From an uncultured delta proteobacterium (GTDB lineage Bacteria; Desulfobacterota; Binatia; UBA9968), in assembly GCA_963847445.1 (NCBI GenBank), contig CAWJZV010000046.1, forward strand, positions 32,001-96,000: a stretch of 64,000 nucleotides of DNA, written 5' to 3'. Under the pieces are notes generated by a model, which saw nothing but the letters and a program-made list of their open reading frames with translations, had not been told where the DNA came from and made no database searches. Shown one piece after another: positions 45,113 to 54,838 of the stretch. Both the position numbers and the translations under genes were made by a program. Position 1 is the stretch's first letter. Each line of letters starts with the position of its first letter.

Positions 45113-45298
45113 CTACTGTTCCGAGGCCAGCGAGCCGCGCACGCCCCAGTCTTCTTTCGGAGTGTCATGGAATAGAATATTCAGCGACTCGGGTTTGATG
45201 TTGGCGACTTCGGCGAAGTCCTTGGAGATACGTTTGACCAGCTCGTTTTTCTGTTCCTTGGTCTTGCCGGGAAACATGTAGATGTGGACGACGGGCAT
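45113..45298 (-). CDS. 4-oxalocrotonate tautomerase family protein
   Basis: Catalytic Pro1, GKTKEQK, EDWGVRG; 61 aa; GGAGG RBS. Confidence 0.9.
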   Translation of the reverse strand: MPVVHIYMFPGKTKEQKNELVKRISKDFAEVANIKPESLNILFHDTPKEDWGVRGSLASEQ

Positions 45299-45554
45299 AT
45301 GAACCTCCCTGTGCGGCGAATGGCCTAGCCATATGCAAGGGCGCGCCGAAAGGCAATAGAAAAGTAGCGCTGCGATGCTTGACAGCTGCGGGCGGTTGGG
45401 ATGATGATGCGATCCAATAAACGAGGCATTGCGCGTACGAGGTGTTAATCCCGCACGCGACCAAAGGGGAGGCTCGCTCGCTTTGGATTATCATTTTAAT
45501 GGCGCCCTGCAGCAAGTTGCGGGGAATGTTTAGATTCAATCTCGGAGCGGATTT

Positions 45555-45743
45555 ATGGAAAGAACTCTAGTTACCTGGCTGGGTTTTTCGCTATCGGAAC
45601 GGCTCTCGTTCCTGATCAAGTCGGGCGTGTTTCTGTCGATCTGCGGCGCCACGCTGTTTGTCGCCTTGGCGTCGAGCTATCCAGCGGTGCACGACACCCT
45701 GCACAATGTCCGCCACGCCCTCGCCGTGGTTCCTTGTCACTAA
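45555..45743 (+). CDS. cbtB: CbtB-like cobalt transporter subunit
   Basis: One TM helix then VHDTLHNVRH...PCH C-terminal motif. Confidence 0.75.
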   Translation: MERTLVTWLGFSLSERLSFLIKSGVFLSICGATLFVALASSYPAVHDTLHNVRHALAVVPCH

Positions 45744-46729
45744 AAGCGCTTGCGGCATCCGCCGGTTTCGTCGTCGTCTTACTCTTTGGCGTTGTTGCCG
45801 GCGCCGAAGAATTTAATATTTTTCTTAAGACGACGCCTAAAATAGAACTGCTGCGGCCGTTTGCCGATCCGGTGAATCTTTCTCTGCTGGTGACCCATGC
45901 GGATGGCCGGCCGGTGGCGCAGGGCAAGGTCGCGATCGTCCTTGACGCGCCGAAGCCCGGCGCCTTCCTATCCACCGATTTTCCCCTGGTCGAAGGCAGC
46001 CGCTTGCTCGAGTTGGACTTGCCGCTGCGCCGGGGACGCGCCGAGTGGAAATACCTTTTTCCGATTCGCGGCAATTATCGGCTGTCGGTCAATTTCGTCG
46101 CTGCCGATGGTCAAGGGACGATCAAGGATTTTCCAATTCCTGTGCTGGAGGAGCGCCAGAAGTGGCTTTGGCTCGGGCTTTTTTGCGCCGGATTGTTTCT
46201 AGTTGGTTTCATCGCCGGGCGGATATTTACCACACCCGGCCCGGGCGGGATGACAACGGCATTGCTGGCGCTGTCACTGGCCGTCGTCGGCAGCGTCGGC
46301 GGACATGACCCGGCGTCGCCGACACAAGATGTTTCGAACCCGCAGAGCGCGCTGGAAATCGATGGCGCGGTCGTCGGCAAGTTAACCGGTCTGCGCTGGC
46401 GTTCGACCGATGCTCCTGTGGTCAACAGGCAACTGTCGTTAACGATCACTCATCTGGAAAAGCGCAAGACCATGTTTGCCGTCGACAAGGTGCTGGTGGC
46501 GGGTGAGTTCGACTTGAAGTTTCACTATCCCGATGGCGCGGAGTATCGCGTGAATGCCGTTGCCGAGGCCCCCGGCCAAGCGCCGGTTCGCGCCGAGCGA
46601 TTGGTGGCGGTTACCGGTGTCGAGCCGGCGCTGGCAGCGCAAATTCCCGCGCTAGTGTTTTTTCTGGCGGTGATCGCGCTTGGTCTGGGCGCCGGCCGTT
46701 TAAGCTTGCGCTATCGTCGTAGCTGCTAG
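45734..46729 (+). CDS. Uncharacterised exported/membrane protein coupled to cbtB
   Basis: Signal peptide, two beta-rich soluble segments each followed by a TM helix ending G..AGR; overlaps the cbtB stop. Confidence 0.65.
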   Translation: MSLKALAASAGFVVVLLFGVVAGAEEFNIFLKTTPKIELLRPFADPVNLSLLVTHADGRPVAQGKVAIVLDAPKPGAFLSTDFPLVEGSRLLELDLPLRRGRAEWKYLFPIRGNYRLSVNFVAADGQGTIKDFPIPVLEERQKWLWLGLFCAGLFLVGFIAGRIFTTPGPGGMTTALLALSLAVVGSVGGHDPASPTQDVSNPQSALEIDGAVVGKLTGLRWRSTDAPVVNRQLSLTITHLEKRKTMFAVDKVLVAGEFDLKFHYPDGAEYRVNAVAEAPGQAPVRAERLVAVTGVEPALAAQIPALVFFLAVIALGLGAGRLSLRYRRSC

Positions 46730-46839
46730 CGGAGTGTCTCACGCTGTCAGTCGTTCGTCTGGATTGACTCTCCACGAAGGTTACGAAGGTTTGGCATGAG
46801 CCAATCTGCCGGTACAACGCGCCACCGTTGCCAATCAGA

Positions 46840-46950
46840 GAGGGCGGGTTTCAACCCCGCCCTTACGACTTTTTTGCGCCCTTTGCGTTCTTTGCGGCCA
46901 TTCTTCTCTTCGGTTGCGGCTTCGCTGCGCTAGGCTCTCTGTGGTGAAGC
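46840..46950. repeat. Composite repeat (REP + CGCAAAG + CACCAC modules), reverse orientation
   Basis: GGGCGGGTTTCAACCCCGCCCTTAC, CTTTGCGTTCTTTGCGGCC, CTCTGTGGTGAA. Confidence 0.7.
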
Positions 46951-47066
46951 CTTTTCCGGTCGATCGAGGTTAATAGTTATGTCGAAGTATCGGTGCCTTG
47001 ATTTAAGAGCCGCTTCACTCGCGGATGAAACTTCGTTGGTGGTGGGAAATCCGGACAGAGCAAGCG

Positions 47067-47507
47067 TTAGCGCTGTTCAAGAATGGCTTTCAGCCGCGTG
47101 AGATCCTTCTGGTTCGCTTTGCGCATGGCTCTGGCCATGAACGGGGCGACGAGTTTGGCGAAGCCGGTGGGATTGCCGCGGTTACGCAGGGTCATGCGCG
47201 TGCTGCCGTCGGTGATGGTCTCCCAGGTGTAGCTGGTTTCCATGGCGAACGGTCCGTGCGACGTGCGCATGACTAACCGCTTGCCCGGAACCAGTTCGGC
47301 GATCTCGTAGGTATAGGCCAACCGGCGGCCGAGGAAGTGGGCGACGAAGGCGAGTTGCGAGCCGACACGCATGGGCGGCGAGGTTCGCCACTCGACCAAT
47401 TTAATATTGACGTACCACTGAGGCGCGTTGTCGGGATTGCCGGCGTAGGCAGCGACCTGCTCGCGTGGGCGACGAATCACGATCTCGGTTACAACATCTA
47501 CAGCCAT
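47067..47507 (-). CDS. SRPBCC (polyketide cyclase/dehydrase) family protein
   Basis: I.RP.EQV..Y...DN.P.W, GPF, C-terminal DL.RLKAILE helix. Confidence 0.88.
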   Translation of the reverse strand: MAVDVVTEIVIRRPREQVAAYAGNPDNAPQWYVNIKLVEWRTSPPMRVGSQLAFVAHFLGRRLAYTYEIAELVPGKRLVMRTSHGPFAMETSYTWETITDGSTRMTLRNRGNPTGFAKLVAPFMARAMRKANQKDLTRLKAILEQR

Positions 47508-47579
47508 CGGTTTTTCTTGTTCGATCTGCGATTTGGCAATTCAAGCACTAAGGCGGGCTACGGGTTCTTTAGAACGCTA

Positions 47580-48441
47580 TCAATCGCAATACCGGCCCAG
47601 CACGTTGGGACCGTCCAAGACGCATTGGAGCGGTTCGTATAACTCGCCGCTGTGGATGCTCGCCAACTCGACGCGGCCGAGATGGGGCGCTGAGCGTTGG
47701 TGGCGGCTCTCGCTCTCATAGCTCGCCGGTTCGACCAAAAAGGGTCAGCAGATGGTTCGCCAGTTCGATGCGCGAAATGACTCGCGTGGCCGAGACATGG
47801 CGAATGCCGGCTTCGCCGCTCTCGGCCATCCGCATCACGCGCAATGCCAAATCATGGGCCCAAACCACCGAGCGATATTCGTCGTGAACTATGGTCACCG
47901 GCAGATTCTTGCCGATGCGATAGCGCAGCCAATCCCAGTGGCCGGTGCGACCATTGGGCGATGGACCGATCGCCAAACCGACGCGGATGACCAACGAGCC
48001 GGGCCGGGCCAGAACCATTGCTTCGGCCTCCACCCGCGTTCTGCCGTAAACGCTGATCGGACAGGGCCGCGAGTCTTCATCGTAGACACCGTCGCCGCCA
48101 AAGACGTGATCGGAGGAGACGTAGACGAGCCGCGTTTTGTCCGGCAATGCGTCGAGCACCCGTTTGAGATAAACGATATTCACTTCGCGCGCCCAATCGG
48201 GTGCGACTTCGCAGCGCGGCACATCGCACACCGCATGGCACTGAATGAATAATTCGGGTTGGTGCTGTTCAAAAACCGTCGCCGGCCACGCCGGATCTTC
48301 CAGATTCAACACCGGCCATCGGCGGATGGTCTTCGCCCGGTTGGCGCGGGTGACAAACGGCAAAACCGTGTCGGGGAACAAATTGGCGATGCCATAGCCG
48401 AGGATCGACGTGGCGCCGAAAAGCAGGGTGGAGGGGGGCAT
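47580..48441 (-). CDS. RmlD-like extended SDR / sugar-nucleotide-binding protein (frameshift near 47730)
   Basis: FGATSILG, VSSDHVF.G, Y.E...P.P.SVYGRTR (K->R in YxxxK). Confidence 0.75.
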
Positions 48442-48452
48442 TGAGCCTAAAC

Positions 48453-48713
48453 TTATGCTGGCGATTTACTCGGATGATTCTTCTGGTCGTGATTTTTCGC
48501 GTTGAGGATTGCTTCGCCCCGCGAGGTTAACACTACCTGCGGATCGTTAGGTTGTCGATTGATCTCGATCAACCCCTCGATAATCGCGTCTTCCCAAATC
48601 GTCTGTCTCGGACAGTGGCTCTGCCACGCTTCCATGGCTTCGTCGTAGGTGCGCGGGCGATTTGCTACCCAGGAAAGAAACTCTAACATCAGAAGATCCT
48701 GCGATTCCGCCAT
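48453..48713 (-). CDS. Small hypothetical protein (possible winged helix)
   Basis: Compact ORF co-oriented in the operon; GLIE...LTSRGEAIL. Confidence 0.6.
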   Translation of the reverse strand: MAESQDLLMLEFLSWVANRPRTYDEAMEAWQSHCPRQTIWEDAIIEGLIEINRQPNDPQVVLTSRGEAILNAKNHDQKNHPSKSPA

Positions 48714-48742
48714 GGCCTTATTAAGTTTAGAAAACCCTACGA

Positions 48743-49714
48743 TTACTTTCCATACAACTTTGCAATATAGCCACTTTTGTCGATTTCTTCGATCAGGCTT
48801 CCATCCATCACATCTTTTGCAAGCGTCAGTTTGGACTTCGGCGATTTGACCGAATCCATGACCGCTTGCACGCCTTTGGCTTCGGGGAACGGTCGTTCGC
48901 GCATGGCGGCGGCGACTCTCGGGTAGCTGTACTCAGGGCCTTTGATGCCTTCGGCGCGGAGGACGGACATCGCCAGCTCTTTGTTGGTCTTGAAGACGTG
49001 AATGCCTTCGATCAATCCCTCGACGAATTTGCTCAAGAGTTCACGTTTGCTGCGCAAGAATTGGGTCGGCACAACCTGGCCGAAGCGGGCGTAGTCGATG
49101 GGCAGTTCCAACATGTCGACCATGACGCGGCAGCAGCCGGAATCGGTGATGATCGGCACGTCGTAGGTGCCGAGCAACGTGCCGTGCAGTTGGCCGGCGA
49201 TCATGGCCGGAACGCGGGTTGTTCCCGTCGCTTGAATAATGCGCACGTCCTTTTCCGGATCGAGGTTGAACTGGCGCAGCAGCATGCGGGTGGTGACATC
49301 CGATGACGAACCGAAGCGGCTGATGGCAACTTGTTTGCCCTTTAGATCTTCCGGCGTCTTGATGTCGTTGCGCACGACGAAGGCGAAGGGGAAACGATTG
49401 ATATAGACACTGATCAGTTTGCCATCTAACGCGCCGACGGACACGGCATTCAACATGGCCGGTACGTCGGAGTCGGCCAGGTCCAGGTCGCCGCCGACCA
49501 TCGCCTGCGCCATGGTCGCGCCGCTGGTGAAATAAATCAGCCGCACGTCGAGGCCGCGCTTCTTCCAGAGTCCGGCGCGCTCGATGGTCTTGTGCAGATT
49601 CTTCGCCACGCCGGTGCCGCTGTAGCCGACGCGGACGAGTTGTTGGGCGGGGGTGGGGGATGCGATGAGCAGCGCTACGAATAAGCTCGGTAGTAAATAC
49701 TTGACTTGCAGCAT
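48743..49714 (-). CDS. NMT1/THI5/SsuA-like substrate-binding protein
   Basis: Signal peptide, KKRGLDV, DLKGKQVAISRFGSSSD, LDPEKDV. Confidence 0.88.
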   Translation of the reverse strand: MLQVKYLLPSLFVALLIASPTPAQQLVRVGYSGTGVAKNLHKTIERAGLWKKRGLDVRLIYFTSGATMAQAMVGGDLDLADSDVPAMLNAVSVGALDGKLISVYINRFPFAFVVRNDIKTPEDLKGKQVAISRFGSSSDVTTRMLLRQFNLDPEKDVRIIQATGTTRVPAMIAGQLHGTLLGTYDVPIITDSGCCRVMVDMLELPIDYARFGQVVPTQFLRSKRELLSKFVEGLIEGIHVFKTNKELAMSVLRAEGIKGPEYSYPRVAAAMRERPFPEAKGVQAVMDSVKSPKSKLTLAKDVMDGSLIEEIDKSGYIAKLYGK

Positions 49715-49792
49715 CGTTGTTCCTTTTCGTAAGGGGTAAGGGTAGAGTCAGGAGTTCGGATCCGAAACGCCTCACCCTTTACCCTTTACGCC

Positions 49793-51204
49793 TCACGAAA
49801 AAAACTTCCCATACTTCTTCACCGCCAACTCTTTCATCTCCTCACTCGATCCGGAGACTTTTGGATAGTCCTTCATCCACTCGTAGGGCCGGGTGGCGTC
49901 GATGACGGCGCGGCTGCTGAAGCCTTTGCGTATCTTTCGGGATCACCGGGTCGAGGGGGCCGCTCCAGGCGCGCCGGATGAAGTCGGTGTCGGCCTGGGG
50001 ATCGGAGCGTGTGCACATGGCCCAGGTGACGTCATTGAGATCGTAGGGGTCGATATCGTCATCGACGACGACGATGTAACGGCCCAGATAGGCGCCGGCG
50101 CCGCATTGGGCCGCGACAAAGCCGGCTTGCTTGGCGTGGCCGGGGTAGCGCTGCTTGATCGATACGGCAGTGAAAAAACGCCCTTGAAAGCAGGCGACGC
50201 CGCGAATATCCGGCACGCCGGCTTTTTCCATGTGATCCCAGATGAACGCCGAGCGCATCAGGTTGTCGTCCGAACCGGCGGGCGGCCGCGACGACGGGCG
50301 CGCCGGTGAGGATCGGATTGTTGCGGTGCATCAAGCGCTTCACCTTGATGATCGGCTCGGTGCGCTCGCCGCTGGCGTAGTAGCCGGTCCATTCGCCGTA
50401 GGGCCCCTCGGGGAGCTGGTTGTCCGGATAGCATTCGCCTTCGATGGTGATTTCCGAAAACGCCGGGATCGGCAGACCGGTGTGTTTGCCGATGACGACA
50501 TCGATGGCTTGGCCGCGGATGCCGCCGGCATATTCATATTCTGACTTGCCCCAGGGCAGGCTGTTGGCCGCGGCGGTGAGCAGCAGCGGATCGTCGCCGA
50601 AGCTGATGGCCACCGGGCAGGGCCGGCCCTGATCGAAATATTTTTGCCGGATGATGCGGCCTTGTTTTCCCGGCGAAATGTAAAGCGCCAGGGTATCTTT
50701 GTCGTGCACCATGACGCGGTAGCAGCCGATGTTGACCCAGCCCTCGTCCATGTCGCGGGTGATGACGAGATGGGCGGTGCCCATGTAGCGGCCGCCGTCG
50801 CCTTCATGCCAATGGGGCACGGGCAGCGACAGCAGGTCAATGTCCTTGCCTTCGTAAACATTTTCCATCACCGGGCCGCTGTCGACGACCCGCGGCGGAA
50901 TATAGGTCGGGTTGTTCAAACGCTGGCGCCAAGCCTGGATGAAGCGATTGCGGTCGTAATCGACGGGCAAATGCGTCGTCAGACACTGGCGCTTGAGCGA
51001 CTGATGGTGCACGCCGACGAGCACCCGGTGGCCGGCGGGATAATCCTTGATCTTGTCGAACAGGATCGCCGAATAGGGCGGATTGCGCGCGTAAACTTCC
51101 GCCACCGCGCCCATTTCATATTTCCAGTCGCAGCCTTCGACGGTGCGCAACTCGCCGAACTCGTCGACCTTTTGCATCCAGCCGCGTAGATCGTTGTAAA
51201 GCAT
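49793..51204 (-). CDS. UbiD family prFMN-dependent (de)carboxylase (frameshifted)
   Basis: HEGDGGRY, NIGCYR, EITIEG, EGPYGEWTGYY, VVVDDDIDP..L.DV.WA..TR. Confidence 0.92.
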
Positions 51205-51439
51205 CTTTCAATCCTTCCTTCGGAGTTCAAGCCGATCAAAACGTTCAAATAGTTCAAACCGTTTTCGGAGGTTCCGGAAATGAGCTGACCCTATTGAACC
51301 TCATTAACGTAATTAGATTTTTCGATAAAGCTCCGCTTTCATCTTGCTAGTCAATCCGTTCTTCGCCAACTTGGCCTCAAAGGCGGCACGAAATTTATTC
51401 CAGGTAGTCGTTGCATCACTTACTCCCGCGCCGCGCCGC

Positions 51440-52573
51440 TCAATTGACTTCGGGAATCTTATACAGCTTTGCCGCGTTGACCGACAGAATCTGCCGCTGC
51501 TCAATTTCGCTCATTCCCGCCAGGCCTTTTGTCACATGCTTTCTGGTATCTGGCCAGCTCGAATCCGCCGCGGGAAAGTGGGTCGACCAAAGAATGTTGT
51601 CTATGCCTATATGCGGCGCATTGATCTTAGCTTGGTCATACCAGGTGGTCAGATAACATTGGCGATGAAACATTTCCGATGGTTTCAACGGATAATCGCA
51701 GTGGTCTTGCTCGTATTGGTGATCGGCATATTCGAGTAAGAATGTGCCCCAGCCGATGGTGCTCCCGGCGAAAACGACTTTGAGCCTGGGAAAGCGCAGC
51801 AGAATGCGCGAGAAAAGTATGTTGGTGAGATCGAATACCGCGCTGGCCGAGCGCGTCGCCGACTGCATCGCCGCGGCCAACTCCGGCGCCAGGTTTGGCG
51901 GAATGGGAAATTGAAATAATTCCGGTGTCGAGCCGGCGCGGAAACAGAGAGGCACCTCTAACTCTTGGCATGTCGCCCATACCGGATCGTAATCGGCGTT
52001 ATTGATGTGCGGCATAGCGCCAAGCTGCATAGGCGCGGCGGGGAAAATTACGCCGCAGTGGCCGCGGCCGACGGCACGGCGGATTTCCGCGACAGTGGCG
52101 TCGATGGGCGACAAGGGCACGATGCACTGGGGGATGAAGCGCTTACTGACGGTCGCCCACTCGTCGATCAGCCAGTCATTGTAGGCCTGGACGCAGGCTT
52201 CGGCCAATGTCGGATCAGCGAGCGCGCCAAAACGCTCCCCGGAAAATCCCGCGAGGCTGGGATAGAGCACACTGTGGCCGATGCCATCCTCGTCCATCGC
52301 TTTGAGGCGCGCCGCGGCATCGTAAGCTGCGTTTGGGATGTCGTCCCATTGTTTCGCCGTCGCGACACGGTCGGGCAACAGGGCGCCGACATCGACCGAT
52401 TGCCCAAGCGCATACGCTCGTCCGTCGACAATCCAGCGGTCAACCCCGCCGGCGCTGCGTTCGATGTGGGGAATACGCGCGCCGAACTTCAGCTTCGACA
52501 ACCGCTCGGTCCAAAGCGCCGGCGGCTCGATGACTTGATCGACGGCGCTGATGATGTGATTCTGTGAGTTCAT
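51440..52573 (-). CDS. Amidohydrolase family 2 homologue with degenerate metal ligands
   Basis: Fold motifs QAYNDW, RFIP, YDPVWA, NAAKLY present, but ISAVDQ, CFRAG, FAGS, WSTHFPA replace the canonical motifs. Confidence 0.8.
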   Translation of the reverse strand: MNSQNHIISAVDQVIEPPALWTERLSKLKFGARIPHIERSAGGVDRWIVDGRAYALGQSVDVGALLPDRVATAKQWDDIPNAAYDAAARLKAMDEDGIGHSVLYPSLAGFSGERFGALADPTLAEACVQAYNDWLIDEWATVSKRFIPQCIVPLSPIDATVAEIRRAVGRGHCGVIFPAAPMQLGAMPHINNADYDPVWATCQELEVPLCFRAGSTPELFQFPIPPNLAPELAAAMQSATRSASAVFDLTNILFSRILLRFPRLKVVFAGSTIGWGTFLLEYADHQYEQDHCDYPLKPSEMFHRQCYLTTWYDQAKINAPHIGIDNILWSTHFPAADSSWPDTRKHVTKGLAGMSEIEQRQILSVNAAKLYKIPEVN

Positions 52574-52584
52574 TGGAAACTAGG

Positions 52585-52915
52585 TTTCACCACGAAGGAC
52601 ACGAAGAGCACGAAGGTCGGAATACTAATGGTCCGAAACTTTTGTGTCCTTCGTGCCTCCTTCGAAAATACACGTACAGCGATCACCTGCGCAACAATGA
52701 GACTCTCTGTTCCGTCATACCGGCGAAGGCCGGTATCCATCCTCCTCCCGCCTCTGGATGCCGGCCTGCGCCGGCATGACGAGTCTAAGGAATGAACCCT
52801 GGAAACGGGGCTTCCGGCATTTTCATGATCTGTAGGTGAGCGTAAGCTCATGAACACTTCGTGGTGAATCGTCCGGTTCTGAACTTTGTGCCCTTTGCGT
52901 TGTTTGCGGCCATTC
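52585..52915. repeat. Nested mosaic of at least four palindromic repeat families
   Basis: CACCACGAAG arm; GTCATACCGGCGAAGGCCGGTATCCA...TGGATGCCGGCCTGCGCCGGCATGAC; TTCATGA...GGTGAGCGTAAGCTCATGAA; CTTTGCG module. Confidence 0.8.
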
Positions 52916-52922
52916 TTCTGCT

Positions 52923-54065
52923 CTAAAGCCGATACAACGCCTGGGCGTTGCCGTACAACATTTTCTTCCGTTCGCCCGGCGACACGCCGGCTAGGGAGCG
53001 TTCGACGAACTGCCACGAGTCGGGATAGGTCGAGGCGATATGCGGGTAATCGGATTCCCACATGATGTTGTCGACGCCGACGGCGTGGCGCAGTTCGATG
53101 CCGGCCTGCTCGTACCAGAAGTTGACATACACTTGCTCGCGTATCAGCTCGCTTGGGCGCCTCTCTAGCCCATGGCGCCAGAGCTGGCGCCGTTCCCATT
53201 CGTGATCGCAGGCCGATTGCACGCAGCTCACCGAGCCGATGCCGGTTTCGGCGAACACCCACTTTGATTTAGGAAATTTGTCAGCGATGCCGGAGAAAAT
53301 TAAGTTGGGCACGATCTGCGCCGGCCATGACGAGGTCGGCACGGTAAAGGCCGCGTGTTGTTGGTACGGCGTGTAGCCAGCCCATTCGGGGAAGGTTAGC
53401 TTGCGCGCCAAACCGGCGGAGGCGTGAAAGTGGATCGGCATCGCCAGCTCCTGGCAGACATCCCATAACGGATACCAGTAGGGCTCGCCGATATGGGGCA
53501 GCGAAGCGACCATCAAACTGGGCAGCGCGAACATGACGATCCCGCGGTGGCCTTTGCTTTCGGCGCGCCGCACTTCGGCGACGATGGTGTCCATGCCGCA
53601 AAGCAGCGGGATCATCGCCAGGGAAATGAAGCGCTTGCTGGCACGGGTGAGTTCGCCTAAGGAATCGTTGTAGGCCTGCACGCAGGCGATCTCGAACTCG
53701 GCGTCGTTGTATTGGTGAAATGAACTCGGGTCGTTGGGAAAAAGCACTTCGGCGTCGATGCCGTCGGCGTCGAGAGCTTGCAAGCGGTCGGCTGCTAGAT
53801 AGGCTTTGGCTGGAACCTCCTGCCAGCGCTGCGGATAAAGATTGCGCTGGGGATCGCCCATCACCGCCGGGCAGTTGCATACACCGCGGGAGCGCAAAGG
53901 TTGGCCATTGACGAACCAGCGCTCGACCCGTCGGCCTTTGCTCTCAATCTCTTTGATTTGCGGGATGCGCTCGCCGAACTGGTTTTTCGACATGCGATCG
54001 AGGAACGCCGTGGGTTCGGTGACGACATGGGAGTCGGCGCTAATCAGGCCGTGGCGAATTTCCAT
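52923..54065 (-). CDS. Amidohydrolase family 2 metalloenzyme
   Basis: ISADSH, QAYND, IHFHA, FAETGIG, WESDYPH, GNAQALY. Confidence 0.9.
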   Translation of the reverse strand: MEIRHGLISADSHVVTEPTAFLDRMSKNQFGERIPQIKEIESKGRRVERWFVNGQPLRSRGVCNCPAVMGDPQRNLYPQRWQEVPAKAYLAADRLQALDADGIDAEVLFPNDPSSFHQYNDAEFEIACVQAYNDSLGELTRASKRFISLAMIPLLCGMDTIVAEVRRAESKGHRGIVMFALPSLMVASLPHIGEPYWYPLWDVCQELAMPIHFHASAGLARKLTFPEWAGYTPYQQHAAFTVPTSSWPAQIVPNLIFSGIADKFPKSKWVFAETGIGSVSCVQSACDHEWERRQLWRHGLERRPSELIREQVYVNFWYEQAGIELRHAVGVDNIMWESDYPHIASTYPDSWQFVERSLAGVSPGERKKMLYGNAQALYRL

Positions 54066-54157
54066 GGCGATTCTCCGGTGTTCTTTTGGATTCCAGCGCC
54101 GCAAGAAAAACTTCGATGTGATTCATTCGCCGCAAACTTGAACCTGCCGACTGAATT

Positions 54158-54838
54158 CTAATCCATTTCCGCCAGCGCCGCGGCGATGGCGCCGTGAAAG
54201 CTCCGTTCGATGGCGAGGGACTCTTCAGCGCCGCGCAGCATTTGCTGCGCGGTAAGATCGTCGACGACGTAACGATTGAAAACTTCGGCGAGCAGATCGG
54301 TATGATCGACGTCGGCGATCAGATGCACCTGGACGTTGATGTCCTGGTCTTTCTTTTTGATGCCAAGTTCAACTTCCTGGCGCTTCACCAGCCGTTGCGT
54401 GAGCGTGCCGCCGGTGACGATGTGGTCGTTGTTGCGCCGTTCCAAGATATGCGAGCAGGCCAGCCCTTCGAGCCAGGGTTTTTCTTGCGCACAGTGAAGC
54501 CAGGCATAAAATGCCGCCCGCGCACCGGGGATCATGTCCGACTCTTTATAGTCGCCCAGGTCGTCCTCGGTGACATGGGCCTTGCCCATGCGCGGGTCAT
54601 AGATGAGCTCGTCTTTCTCATGCTCCCAGATGGCGCGCTTGACGTCGAGCGGCGCCTTGCAGGCCACCGCCGCCCAACAGTCGCGCCGGTTGTTGCTGAA
54701 GAAATTCATGTGCTGGTGGCGAAAAGCGAGTCTGGCGGGATTGAGCGGCACGGCGAGCATGCGCTTGATCTCGGCTGTGTCGTACCACTGGTTGACCATG
54801 ACATTTAATTGCCGTTCGACGTCGGACCATCTGCTCAT
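54158..54838 (-). CDS. Heme-oxygenase-like diiron (PqqC/CADD/TenA superfamily) protein
   Basis: All-helical; EHEKDE...AH, HILER, VH..ADVDH ligand pattern. Confidence 0.65.
   Translation of the reverse strand: MSRWSDVERQLNVMVNQWYDTAEIKRMLAVPLNPARLAFRHQHMNFFSNNRRDCWAAVACKAPLDVKRAIWEHEKDELIYDPRMGKAHVTEDDLGDYKESDMIPGARAAFYAWLHCAQEKPWLEGLACSHILERRNNDHIVTGGTLTQRLVKRQEVELGIKKKDQDINVQVHLIADVDHTDLLAEVFNRYVVDDLTAQQMLRGAEESLAIERSFHGAIAAALAEMD

Noticed and set aside
45410-45554. Cobalamin riboswitch before cbtB
   Set aside because: B12-box and AGGGAA/GCAACTG elements not seen
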